Positions 12,251 through 24,740 of a DNA stretch of 64,000 nucleotides are shown here, one piece after another. The DNA comes from Lama glama. Taxonomy: Eukaryota. Made by a program: the position numbers and the translations under genes. The notes under the pieces are model-generated. The model was not told the origin of the DNA. It did no database searches and was given only the letters and a program-made list of their open reading frames with translations. The number at the start of each line of letters is the position of its first letter. The first letter of the stretch is position 1. The stretch spans positions 992,001-1,056,000 of the forward strand of contig CM052825.1 in the NCBI GenBank assembly GCA_028534125.1. Reading direction: 5' to 3'.

Positions 12251-13392
12251 ACCTGTCTGGGCATGAGACCTCTGCCTGTCGCTCCCACCCACATTCCTGC
12301 CCGCCTCCCGCCTCCCTTTCCTTGCACATCAGCCAAACTCCGACTCCCCCAAGGCTGCCTCATCAAACATTCCTTCCTCCTCATCACCATAATTTCCCGT
12401 TTGTAGGTTAAGCTGCGCCTGGGGTTCTCAGAAATTCGCTTGCTGCCTCGCAACTTGCCGACTTCTCAAATGTCTCGTCCTCTCCCGCCTCTTTCCTTCT
12501 GGAGAAGGAAGCTGGCCGTGGCGGGAGCGGGGAAGGCTGGCGGCTCCCCACTGCAGTCTGTAGGGCTTCGTCTGGAAAGACGCAGCCTGATCCAGCTGTC
12601 TGTCCGTCTGTCCATCCTCTCCAGACACCGTGGACTAGAGAGATGAGTTGGGATCAACTGACATTTTCCAGCGTTTTCCGCCTGCCAGGTGCTCTCAGCG
12701 TGCCGCGGGGACGTAACTTGTTGAATGCTGAGGACGCACACCCCCTGTGCTCCCCATTTTGTCCCCAGAGAACCCAGGCTCAGGCAGGTGTGTGGCCTGC
12801 TCCAGGTCACCTGGATAGCGATGAGCGCAGGGGGACTGGAGCCCGGCCTCTGGGACTGCGGTGTGTTTGGGAAGGGACGCATCCACAGCACACGGCGGCT
12901 TGCGGGATGGGCCCCGGCAGAGGGCACAGCGCCGGCCGAGCAGGAGGTCGGGTGGCTGGGGATCGCTGAGTGCCTCTGCGTGCACGTGCCGGGGAGCGAA
13001 GCCCTGGGCTGCCTCTGGGTCCAGCTTGCCTGAGCCCCGCTGGCCTCGGGGAGGTGGGGGGGTGGGCTCTGCTCACCTGGCAGACACGGCGATGCAGCAA
13101 AGTGCCGAGAGAGAGGCGCATCTCTCTGTCCGGCCAGCTGCAGGTGGAGGCGAGGACGGAGCCCTGTGGAGCTCAGGACTGAAGCTGGCGCCCAGCCAGA
13201 CTGGGGACCTTGGGACCTTGGGAAGCTGTCACCCAGCAGGGCGGCCAGAGGCCCCCCTGGAGAGAAGGCCTGCGGGCTGCAGACCCCAAGCCCAGAAGCA
13301 CTTCTGCTGCTATTCCCAGGTTCCCTGCCTTTCTGAGCCGGGACTGAGGGCTCCAGCCAACAAGGGGCCAGAGCCCCAGGCCAAGGGTGCTG

Positions 13393-13592
13393 CTCCCTCC
13401 TCCCCCCTCCTCCTCCCTCCTCCCTCTGTCCCTCCTCCCCCCTCCATCCCTCCTCCCTCCATTCCTCTTCCCTCCGTCCTCCCTCCTCCCTCCATCCTCC
13501 CTCCCTCCCCCTCCCCTTCCCTCCATCCTCCCCCCTCCCCTTCCCTCCGTCCCTCCTCCCTCCGTCCTCCCTCCTCCCTCCCTCCCATCCCC
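13393..13592. repeat. (CCT/CCCT)n polypyrimidine tract
   Basis: About 200 nt almost entirely C and T on the + strand. Confidence 0.9.
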
Positions 13593-15589
13593 CAGCAGGG
13601 AGGACAGGTAGGGCGCTGCACCCCTGGGGATAGAGCAGTGACAAGACCACAGAGGCCACCGTTTAGCAGGAGAGAGAACGAGTCCGTGACCATGTGTGCA
13701 CCGAGGGCTGGGCCTTGTGGGAGGAACAGCAGGACACTGACTTGGCAAGGGGGCCCGGGGAGTCTCTGATGAGAGACCTTTGGGCTGGGGCGGGGCAATT
13801 GCGGGCGGAGGAAGGCAGCCCGTGGGGATGGAGGAGACTCTGTGCTGAGGCGTGGGGCCGGAGCAGAGGGGGTGGCACTGGTGGGATGGGGGTGGGCCAT
13901 TTACTGAGCACCGTGTCCTGGGCCCAGCAGGCAGGGAGGGGCAGGTGCTGGGGCCTCTCACTGCAGCGTCCCCTCGCCCCCGCCCCCGCCCCCACCCCCC
14001 TGCAGCTCCTCATCCAGGATGCCTGCCCGGAACAGGCTTGAGTCCTGGGGGCCTTGAAGACTCTGCCAAGCCTCTCTCCCCAGATGACGTCATCACTCAC
14101 CACTCGACAGGAAGCGGCTCCCTGCTTCCCAGGCCGACCCCAAGGGCTTCACCTCTGTGTCTTCAGCCCATTGTACAGATTATCCTTCCATTAGTGAAAT
14201 CACACAGTGGGGACCAAGGGACTTTCATCTCCAAGAGGCCTTGCAAACATGGATCACTGAAAATTAGTGAAAGCATTCTCGTCTCTAAGTGCCTCTAGGC
14301 TGCAACCTTCCCTTCCTGTGTCAGCTGAGGGAAATGCAGCCTTGATTACAGGAAGCTCCTGGGTGGGGTGGGGGGCAGCCTCGGCTCCCCCTCCTGGGCT
14401 CTGCATGCGGGGACCGTTCACAAGGCAGCCGGCAGCAGTCAGACATTTGGGGAGAAGGCGAGATGGCCCTAGGGGAAGGTTCCAGCGTGCTCCAGGCTCC
14501 CGGCGCTGCCCCCAGGGCTCGGACGGCCCGCGGCCCTCGGCGGGTGCCGTGCTGAGGTCTCCTGCGCCCCGCTGCAAGACAACTTGGGTTGGCCTTGAGG
14601 GGCCCTGTCCCTTTGCTTCGTGACCCCAGACGAGCGCCACCCCCTCCCACCGCCTGCCTTTCTCGATTCCAAGGTCTCGAGGACGCCATCCCCCACCTCG
14701 ATTCCCCCAGATCTGAGACAAGCTTCTGGCACCTGCTGCCTGGCCAGGCTTGCTCTCTGGTGTAAGCTCTGCTTCAGCTGAAAGGTTGAGCTGATAATGA
14801 AGTTTCTTCAGATCCATTATGTTCACCAGGGTTTCTCCCCGAGGGAGCCCTTGATGTCAGATCGGCAGCCTCTGCAAAGCAGGGTGGCCAGGCCTTGGGC
14901 CTTCCTTGGGGTCGGCCGAACGCAAATAAGTAGGTGTGCTGGGGGGGTTGGCGGCCTCCCCGGGCAGATGTGTGTGTGGTGCGTGCAGCCCTCACAACTT
15001 GGGGTTCAGAAAGCCAGGGCCCCTGGGACCTGGCGGGTGCTCAGGGATGGGCATGCATGGGTCACCTGCCCAAAACACCAGGGTGCATCCAGAAGTATTT
15101 CTGGTTAACTTTTAGGGAGAAGGGGCGGTGCCCGGTATGCAGGACTCTTGGAAGACCATTTCTGAAGCACTGTTTTGCGTGCACCAGGTTGGAGAGAACT
15201 GTCATGGTTAACGCTGAATTAGCAGAGCGTGGGGGTCTGGGAACACTCAGCCAGGCTTCGGGTTGGTCCCACACCTGGGTTAGCGGCAAGGCTGGAGCAA
15301 ACATCAGGTGAGCAGGACTCCGAGACTGAGGGTTTCCCATAGGAGACTAGGATGGGGCCGTACTGGCTCTGATGACAGTGCCACCACCCCGGTGGCTGTT
15401 CGTGTGCAAGTCTGTGGGCGTGCAGGGTGGGATTTGGGGAGTAGCGAGTGATGCTGGAAAGGGTGTGGAAAGCCAGACCCCAGTCAAGAGGCCGCTGGGG
15501 AGCTGGGAGACAGAGCCATGGGTAGTGAGCTGCAGTGTAGTGTCTGCGGTGAGGGGCACTTGGCCCCCAATCCTGGTATGGCCTCTAAG

Positions 15590-15725
15590 GAGCTGTGCAA
15601 CCGTGGGCAAGTCAATCACTGTCTCTGAATGGCAGTGGCCTTGTAGGTAAGGCCTGAACCGTGAGGTGCTCTAAGAGCTAGAAATCGTGAGTGTAAAACA
15701 TCAGCCCAGAGCCGGCCTGGCCCGA
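15590..15725 (+). mobile_element. MIR SINE fragment
   Basis: 'agctgtgcaaccgtgggcaagtcaatcactgtctctga...gtgtaaaacatcagcccagagccggcctggc'. Confidence 0.55.
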
Positions 15726-16091
15726 GCTGGGGCACAGCCCGCTGGGTAGTTAGCTGCTGACGTGTTTCTCTGTGCACGGACTGTGGGTGAGCCTTCTCCC
15801 AGGGCTGGGGAGCGTGAGGATGGGCAAGGCTGATTTCAAGGAGCTGACCTCCTAGTTGGAGGGCAGACACTCGACAAGCAGCTCCAATCTAGTGTACTCA
15901 GTGCTGTGATGGGAAATGGGCTGTGGGCACCCAGAACAGGGGTGGGGCTCTCGGGGGAAGGTTCCATGAAGAGCTCTCACAGCTCAGACCTAATGACTGA
16001 GTAGATCTTTCTCTAGGCAAAGGTGTATAGAGAGTTCTAGAAGGAGGAGCCAGCATTCGCACAGGCCTAGGGAGAGTCTGCTTAGACCATG

Positions 16092-16390
16092 AGTTGATGA
16101 TGACAGCAACAGTGATGGTGATGATAGTGATGGGGTTAAAGGTGATGATGGTGGTGCTGATGGTGATGATGGTGATGGAGATGGTGCTGATGTGCTGGTG
16201 CTGATGTGGATGATAACAGTGATGGTGATGGTGATGGCAGTGGTGATGGCAGTGATGGTGGTGACGATGGTGGAGATGAAGCTGACGGTGGTGATGTCTA
16301 TGGTGGTGGTGGTGACAACAGTGATGATGGTGGTGACGATGGCAGTGAGGGTGAGGAGGAGCTGCTGCTGGTGACAGTAAGTGTGACGGT
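16092..16390. repeat. Degenerate (GAT/GGT)n trinucleotide repeat
   Basis: gatgatggtggtgctgatggtgatgatggtg... for about 300 nt. Confidence 0.9.
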
Positions 16391-19300
16391 GCTCCTGACC
16401 CAGCAGCAGCAGCAGCCTCCTCCCCCTGGTCGGGGTTCCGGTCAGCTGAGGGACTAGAACAAAAGTGCTGGCCAGCTGGGGACTGGCTGCCTTCTCCTTG
16501 GTCTGAGCCGTGCTCTCTGATCCCTCCATCCTTTCCACGGCCCCATGCGGACTAGGTCCCCTGGATCACTCCTGTCTGTCCCTGCAGGGCTGTGGTCTGT
16601 GCTCTGTCTCCTCTCAGGGAGGGGGACCATCCAGGCTTTGATGCCCTCAGCTGTTTCCCTGGTCCTCCACTGATGGCCACTCCCAGTCTGGTCAGTTGAA
16701 GGGGCGAGTTTGCATCCTGGAGGGGTTGGCCTCCTCCCCTGGTGGCCTTCCTGGGGCAGCCCCTACCGCGAGGTGACAGCTGGCCGCTGCTGGGCCGCGT
16801 CTCCAAGGCTGGCCGCAACAAGGGGCCTCATCAGGCAGAGCTGACCCCGCTGACTCTCCCCTAAGCCGTCTTCCTGCATCCAGCTACATCTCCCTAACTT
16901 CTTCCCTAAAAGCAAGTAATTGGGATTTGAAATTAAAATCAAATTGGAATAAAAAAGATCAAATTAGAGGTCCTAGGAATCCTGCAGGCACCCGTGCCGC
17001 CGTGGTGCAGCCTCTGCTGGAGACGACCCAGTCTCTGCGCTGCTGCCTCTGCCTGGCCCTGTGCCCGCGTGGACCCTGGGGGCACACGGCCCCTCCACCT
17101 GAGATGGAGCTGGACGAGGACAGCACGGGCCCCTGCCCAGAGCTGTGCTCTGTTCTTCTCCCCACACTGCCCAGTCTGCTCCTGACCCCCTAAAGGCGCC
17201 CACGCCCGCCCTGGCCACCTCTCTCGCCCCTGCATGGGGCCCTCGCGGGTGCTTGCTCACCTCTTGATGGACAACAGAGCCAAGCCCCCCAGAGGCTGAC
17301 CTCTCGCACCTCTGAGCCCGGGTGCCTAACCCCACGGTCACAGGCCCAGCGCTCACCCCTGGCGTTCCCGACAATCTGAGCATCCCCGCAGTCCCACTCA
17401 CGTGCACAGGCACAGCCGTCTGACACTAGCATAACAGTCATGCTTTTTACGTGCCCTTGACGCCTTCCATCTCCAGGGCTGAGCCCCGAGCCCCGAGGCC
17501 CCGGGTGCGGAAGGAGGGAGGACCCTGCCCAGAACAGGTGGGTGAGTGGTCTGCGCAGGGCCACAGGGCCCGCTCACCAAGGGGAAGTCCGGACAGCCAG
17601 GGTCTGGGAGTGAGAACATTTTCTCTGGTCCCTTGACCCCTGTTTAGCATTTCAAGGGCCAGCGATGTCCTTGAGTCTTGCTGTTGTGTGTGTCGAGGTG
17701 GGAGAACTCTGGAAGTGGTGCAGTCAAGGGCAGTTCAGCCCTGGTGATGGGGGAAGGCAGGGAGTGGGGAGGGGGCCGGGAGGGTAGCCAGGACCTCTGG
17801 TGTCCGAGGGGCTTTAGAAGCATCCGTCTGGGTGTGGGGACACACAAGAACATGGGAAGGGGGCTCTGCCCTGGTGCAGCGTGGGGAGACTGAAGGTCCC
17901 CTCTGCCATGCCCTGCCCACCTCCAACACGACACGGGATGGAGGGCCCGTGGGAAGAAGCTGGGAAGATGGGCCGGACAGGGTCCTGGCTCCGCGTGCCC
18001 TGGGGGGAGTTCAGGACACTCAGGAGCCCCCGAGAGGCCAGCCCATCTGCAGGAAGGGCTACCGGGGTGAAGAGGCCGCAGCCGGGGAGGACGCCGTGAC
18101 CCGGGCAGACGGCCTTGAGAGAGGACGGTGCGGAGCCGTCCTCGTGAGTGTGGCAGTGGGGTGGACGCCTGGCCCTTCCCGCAGACGTCCCCACAGAACC
18201 TGATACGCTCACGGACTTGGCAAGCGTCGCCCAGCTTTTAATTTGCGGGAGAGGCGACCTTTTCTATTTCAGATCACATGAAGTTAATTTGCACTCCAAG
18301 TTCAAGAGAGCGCCTGAGAAGGTACAAATGTGATTTCTCAACAGCTGTTACTGGAGGACTCGACACGACAGAAATGATGAGAAGGGAGGATTCGGTTTGA
18401 GAGAGAAAGAGGCGTGCTCTCCCGAGAGCCGGCCGGCGCGGCGGCAGCCAGCCTGGAGGGGCTGCGGGAGCGTGGGGGCCGGCTGCTCACCTTGTGCGGC
18501 GTCCCTGGCCCCCGCTGCCCTGTTTCTGTTTGAATACCCTGTGCTGGAGCGCTCACTGCCCCCAGGAGCAGGCGAGTCCTGCACCCGGCAGGTCCGGCTG
18601 TGAGATGGTCTCTCCAGCGCTGGGAGAAACCTGCTCTTGGTGACGGTGTTCTGACCCCTGACGATGCCCGGATCCCCCCTCCTCCCCCTCCTCCTGCCCT
18701 GCCCGTGTCTGAAGGTGGCGAGCTCGTCTGCCTCTTCGCTGACCACCTCCGACTCCGTAACCACGTGTCCTAGGCCGGTGTCCGTGTCCGAGGATCCTGT
18801 TCCTGTGGGCGTTCTGATCTGCCAGTGTCCCTAATGTGAGCCACTCAGAACCAAACCCAACCTTCCTTTTTCTGACGGGCCAAGGTGCCTATCACTTCCC
18901 TGCTTTGGGTTCAGGCCAGGGTTCCCTGGACACTGCCCCTCCAGCCAGACAGCCGCACCGCACACTCAGCGTGAGCGGAGGTGCACGGCTTGCCCATCTG
19001 GTCCGTATCGGGGAGGAGCCGCGCGTGCCAGGCCCTTGTCGATCCCTGAGGGGGGTCGGGCAGGAGAGGCAGCCACGGGAGAGGTGAGTCCAGTGCAGAG
19101 ACGGACCTGACACTGACGGGGGCTGCTGGTTTTAGGGTGAATCCAGCAGCTCGTGGTGGCCCAGCTGACCTGTCTTCCTGCGGCCCTGCCCCGTGCCCAC
19201 CCTGGGCCCTGATGATTGGACCATGCTGGTCACCTGACTTAAGCTAGCCCAATCGGATTGGGAGTTGGGGTGGGCGGTCAGTGCCCGCAGCTGGCTGTGG

Positions 19301-20019
19301 GGCAGCTTTATTCCCATGGGATTGGGAAATCTGTTGTCCGTTTGCAAAGAAATCTGTTGTCCGGGTTGGGGAGGCATGGGAGAGAGGAGTGAAAAGTGAT
19401 GTAAATGCAGAGAGAGGTGGGGTGGGCACACACCTGGAGCCCACGTGTGCCACCTGCGCTCCCAGCCACATGGACCCAGAGGGTCCCACGGGGAGGGGAG
19501 GAAGAAGGGTGCTGGCGTCTGGCCCTGAGACCCGGCTCCAACCCCGACCTGAGCCCTTCCTGGTGCCAGGATTCTCCGTTGTCCCTGGAACCCACCTCAA
19601 CCTCGTGGAAAAATCCAAGCCAACCTGAAGGCCCCCAGCCTCTCAAGGTCCCACTCTCCCTGTGTCCGGGGTGAGGCCGGTCAGCAGCTGTGAGGGGCCG
19701 ACAGCCCATTGCCTCGGGCTCCTTGTGGCTGCGTCATTTGTGCTTTTTGTAATTGGCTCCAGCCACTCCTTGGGGATGCTTACTGGCTGCTGGCCCTGTA
19801 CCTGCCCAGGTGTGGGGCCCGGAAAGGCCTCGAGTCAGGGGGTGACTGCCTGGGCTGAAGCGGCGTGACTCAGCGCTTGGCCGGGACTGGCTAAGACCAG
19901 CACGGGTTCGGTCTCGCCGGGGCCCTTCGCTGGCGTGAGCAGGCGGCCGGCCCTCTTGGAGCCCCCGTTCTCTGCTCTGCAGAACAAGGGCCCCGTGACC
20001 TTTCATGACTCCAGGCGTC

Positions 20020-20385
20020 TGTTATGAGCTGAGCTGTGTCCCCTCCAAATTTGTAGCTGAGCTCTATCCCTAATGCCTCAGCACGGGACTGTGGTGGAGC
20101 CCAGCTCTTTAAAGAGATGATCAAGGCAAAACGAGGTCACGTGTGTGGGTCCTAATCCAGTCTGACAAGTGTCCCGATAAGAGGGGACTAGGACACAGGC
20201 ACACACGGAGGGAGGGGCCCGTGAGGCCGCAGGAAAAGACGGCCGCCTGCACCCCAAGGAGGGAGGCCTCGGGGGGACCAGCCCGCCGGCCCCCTGACCT
20301 CTGGCCTCCGGACCCGGGAGGAAACGAGTGTTGTTTAAGCCGCCGGCCTGGGGTATCTGTCGCAGCCGCCCAAGCGACTGTTCGA
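20020..20385 (+). mobile_element. Near-complete MLT1A/B-type solo LTR
   Basis: Starts 'tgttatgagctgagctgtgtcccctccaaatt', contains 'gggtcctaatccagtctgacaagtgtcccgataagagg', and ends 'tgttgtttaagccgccggcctggggtatctgtcgcagccgccc'. Confidence 0.85.
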
Positions 20386-21371
20386 GCACCTTTCAGCTGT
20401 GCTCTGACCAAGGTGCTTGCAGAGGCCCATCCAGGGTCGAGGAGGGGACACGGAGGACCCCCACCCTTGACGGGGAAGGTGGCCCTGGGAGCAGCGTTTG
20501 TGGGGAAGTCTATGTGCTACGCGGACGCGCAGGGTTCCCCACACCTGGATGCGGGACGCGGGGTCAGGGGCTCGCAGCCTGCAGGGGGGCGCAGAAGCCC
20601 ACCAAGCCGCCTGCCTGTGGAGATCGTTAAGGAGCTGGGCTTGTGACGCCTGCGAGCTCAGTTCTTCGGCTCAGGACGCAAGAGACACAGCCTGGAGCGC
20701 GGGGAGCTTCCCGCCCCAGGAGCGGGGAGCCGGGAGCGGGGAGCCGGCCGCAGGTGGGCACTGAGCCCGGCTCTGACTTCCACCCCCAGGAAGACCCTGG
20801 GCTCCTCAGGCTCTGTGTGCCGTGTGGGCCAGAGGCCCCCTCAGCGGGGTTCTCCCTCTCTGTGTTCTGTTTAGCGGCCATTACAGCCTCAGACCGTGGG
20901 GGTGGAAGTGACACTTTGGGGAGACCTTGTCACAGCGAGAGGCTGGGAGGGGGGACTTCGTGGCAAAGGTGAGGCCTGAGCGCCAATTTCCCCGAGCGAG
21001 CCGAAGCCCCCAGGTAGCGAGAGGAAACGGGTGTTCAGGGGCTGTGGGAGCCGAGCGCCGCTTGTCGCTTGGCGGGGCCGCCAGCCCGGGCGCAGGCCGC
21101 CCACCTGGTCAGGGTGGAGCAGAGCTCACTTCGTGACTGTGAACCCAGACTCGTCCGCTGTCTCTTCCGTTCCCTCTTCCCCCAGGTGCCTTGCTTCACA
21201 CCCTTTATTCACTCGCTCATTCATGGAAGGCCCCCCCCCCCCCCGCCGCCCGGTGCCAGGGGCACAGAAATGAAGGGACTAAAAGGAGGCCCCGTCTCCC
21301 GGGGCTGCCCAGGCACGTGCCCTCAGGCGCCACTCTCGTTTCCTGTCTTTCATCTTCAAAATAGATTCCAG

Positions 21372-21935
21372 TTCAAACGGCCAAACACAGAACTACCATT
21401 GACCCGGCAATCCCGCTCCCTGGTTCCGACCCACGAGCGAGGGAAGCCTGCGTTCCCAGGAACGCCTGCTCAGGACGGTCGTCGCAGCGCGTTCACAGTA
21501 GCCGACGGGTGGGAAGAACCCCAACGCCATCGGCGGGTGAACAGATGACAACATTCACGTTCGAACAGTCTTCAGCAGAAATTAAAAGAAAACAAACCAG
21601 GACTGAGGTTCAGACGTGTGCTTGTGCATGATGGTTCCTGAGAGCAGGCCGCTCAGTGGAAGAAGCCGGCACACAGGCCCCGGAGGCTGTGACTCCACTG
21701 CTGTGAAACACTCCGAGCAGGCAAGGCCACCGGGACAGCAGACCGGCGGTCTCCGGGCCCGGGAGGGGTGGGGGCCGGGGGACGGCTGAGGAGCGCAGGG
21801 CTCCGCTTTGGGGTAATGGAAGTGTTCTCGGGCTGACTGCTGGTGGCGGGGGCACACCTCGCTGCGGGTACCAGGAGCCATCGAACGGCGCACTCCGAGC
21901 GGGAGACTTGCATCTCAACAAAGCTGTCGGAAAAC
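21372..21935 (+). mobile_element. L1M 3' end, strongly GC-shifted
   Basis: 'aaacacagaactaccattgacccggcaatcccgctccctgg...ctcagtggaagaagccggcacaca...tttggggtaatggaagtgttct...atctcaacaaagctgt' follows L1 ORF2-end/3'UTR order. Confidence 0.8.
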
Positions 21936-23034
21936 AACCGTGCCTGCCTTCACCGGGGTGTTGAGGGGGTTCTCTGTTTTCTATGAAACATTTAAAACAG
22001 TGCCTGGCACGTGCTGGAGCATCCGTAGATGGTAGCTGTTTAAAAACAGTACATTCCTTTTAAGCACCGGAAGCTCTGCGTCCCCGAGCAGCCTGCCAGG
22101 CCCGGGCAGACAGGGGCTCCCGGGACCGGGTCCCGCGCTTGGCTCCCGCTGGCCAACAAAGACACTCATCCCCTTGATTCCTTTTAGTGCCGGGGTTTGC
22201 TACCTGGCTCCTCTGTCTGTGGTTTTAGCATCACCTTTGAGGGGCCCCCGCATGGCCACCTCTTCCTCTCCCCCCACTGCCCCACGGGACCCGGCCCTCT
22301 GGGGTTACATGGCTTCTTTGGGGGGTGCCCCCTTGTCCTCTCCCCACTCACTCATCTCAGACCCCACACCCCACGGCCCCTTCCCTTCTAATCTGGCGAG
22401 GCCAGAAGCCAATCACACGCTGGGGTCTCGTCCCCGCGTTTTGCTTGCTCCTGCGAGACGCACCTTGGACAAACGGGCAGTCTGGAGGCTGGCGCTGGGT
22501 CCGGCTCCCGGGAACCCTGGCTGGGGGCTGTCTCCCCGAAGCACGTGGACTTCTGACCTGGAGGCCAGGCTGGCAAATCCGTGGGTGAACATTTGCAGAT
22601 ACCATTAAATGGACAGAATGGCTAATAATTTAGATAACATGAAAACCATCCAGCTTTGTCTGAGTAAATTAGAAAAATAAAATGAGATTTATTAAGGGCA
22701 AAGGCAGAGCCATCCAACAGGAGAGAACTGAAATGGGAAAGGCAGGAATTCGGAGCAGTGTTAACACAGAGAAGGACCAGGAGGTGGTGTCTGACGAGAA
22801 GGGACACGTGAGTCACTGTGACGAGCCCCCAGTCTACCTGGGAGCCCAGAGCAACGTGGGGCTTGGGGAGAGCCACCCCGCCTGCCTCTGCCGGCCAAGG
22901 GGCAGCTTCTCGGCCTGGCCTGGCAGCGAGTGGCACTGGCCGGGTGTCGGGGCCTGTCACAGAGCTCGTGTTTCCAGGAGAGACCAGAGAGCCAGCCGGA
23001 CGGGCGGCCCCTTGGAGTGTGTGCAGCGCCTTTA

Positions 23035-23275
23035 CGTTTACTGAGCACCTACTGTGTGCCAGGCAGGGGCGTAAACATACGTCGCTGAGAACTGACTGTG
23101 TGCCGAGTGCCTTCAGGGCCCTATCTCAGCAATCGCTGCATTGATGCTGTGAGTCAGGTGTGTTCACTTCCAGTGTATGGGTGAGCAGCCAGGCACAGAG
23201 AAGGTTAGCAACCTGCCCGAGGTCACACAGCCAGGAAGTGGCAGAGCCAGGGCCAAGAGCTGCTGGGTTCTGGAT
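23035..23275 (-). mobile_element. MIR SINE
   Basis: 'tttactgagcacctactgtgtgccaggca...aggcacagagaaggttagcaacctgcccgaggtcacacagccaggaagtggcagagccagg'. Confidence 0.85.
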
Positions 23276-23289
23276 CCCACAATTCTCCT

Positions 23290-24740
23290 GGCTGTTCAAC
23301 AACTTAGTTGAATGTCTGCTACGCACGGGAATGGAGGGTGTGGGGTGAGCACAGTTCCTGCCCCCAGAGGCAGAGAAGGATAAAGCAACGGGCAGCTACA
23401 CTGCGTAAGCCCAGGGGTTACAAGGTGCACGATGGTCCTCATAACCCACCCCGTCCTGGGTGGTCTAGAAGACCGGCCGGGCGTTTCCCAAGCCGGGGCG
23501 TGTGATACGGCAGAAATGCTTTAAGCTGGTGAAACAGCAAGTTCAAAGCTAGGTGTCCTTGGAGAGTTGCAAGTCCTTCCTTCCCAGCTGAGTCTCGGGC
23601 GTGAAGGGACAGTGGGGACAGGTGTGGGGACAGACATGGCTTGGAAGCCATGCCAGGGAGTTTGACTCCAGCCTGGTGGTGGGGGAGCGGGGTTGACAGG
23701 CAAGAAGATCAGATTTGTGCTTTCGAAGGATCTCAGTGGCCTCACCGTTCGGAGGCTGGCTTGAAGGGGTTGAATCCCGAGGCCGGGGGATCTCTCAGAG
23801 GCTGTGGTGGGAGGACCCCCACTTGCTAGTGAGGAGAGCCCAGCTCCAGTAAGATTAGGTGGCTCACCTAACTGGGAAGTCCAGGCTGCAGGGGTGGCTG
23901 GATCCAAGGGCACAGTTAGAGTTGTTCTCCGTCCCTCCCCCGGCCCCCACCCTGAGCCCCTCTCTCCCCGAGGATGAGTTTCCTCCTCGTAACGTCCCCC
24001 AGCGTCACAACCAGAAAGGCACAAGCCATTGTCATCCCTGGAAGAGAAATCTTGAGAAAGATGGAGTCGTGTGCCATCCCTGAACTGGCCGCTATGGCCC
24101 CGAGAGTGGCTTCTTCCACTGGTCAACTGGGCCGCCTGCTTGCAGGGAGGAGCCCCAAGGACACATTGACACCCAGGCCCCTGTGGTCAAGATGTCGGTG
24201 GGGTACGCAGGTGTCTCCGGGCCACCACGGGGGAGACGGGTCAGTGAGGCCCAGAGGAGGTCAGATTGGCAGGGTTTGGCAGGACTGGCAGGCACTGGGA
24301 GAGGTTGGGAACTAGGAATAACTTCTAGGGTTCTGGTCCGATCCCCTGATTAGATGGTGGCGTCCTTCACTGAAGCTGGGACGTCAAATGAGAGGAAAAG
24401 GTTTTCGGTGGTGGGTGCGTTTCAGGCATACCGAGTTTGAGGTGCCTGAAACTCGGGGCACAGTGCTGGTAGCCAAAGAGAGGGCCTGGCCGGAGAGCCA
24501 CTCGGGGATGACCTCTGGGCGAGGCTTGTAGAGCTGAGGTCGTGGTGGGCTCTCTCTAGGGGGAGGGGAGTGAGGGGAGGCGGAGGGGCCTGGGAGCGTC
24601 TTGAGAACCCCCAACACCAGCTGGGCAGTCAGTGATGTCGCGGGGCCAAGAGCCAAGGGGAGGGAAGTTTTCCCAATGACTCCTTGGAGGCACTGGTGGC
24701 AGAAGCAGAGGCTAACGGACCCCTGGGAGAAGAGGAATCT
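23290..24740 (-). mobile_element. Degraded L2 LINE pieces
   Basis: L2 3' end-like 'ttcaacaacttagttgaatgtctgct' and internal 'ggcataccgagtttgaggtgcctga'. Interrupted; boundaries uncertain. Confidence 0.45.

Noticed and set aside
12466-13961. Longest ORFs in the track (397, 302 and 262 aa)
   Set aside because: They overlap on both strands, run through the CCT low-complexity tract and show no recognisable domain. Stop codons are simply rare in GC-rich DNA.
15990-16538. Asp/Gly-rich or Thr/Ile-rich ORFs resembling acidic matrix proteins or mucins
   Set aside because: Translations of a degenerate GAT/GGT repeat that is open in several frames, with no exon context.
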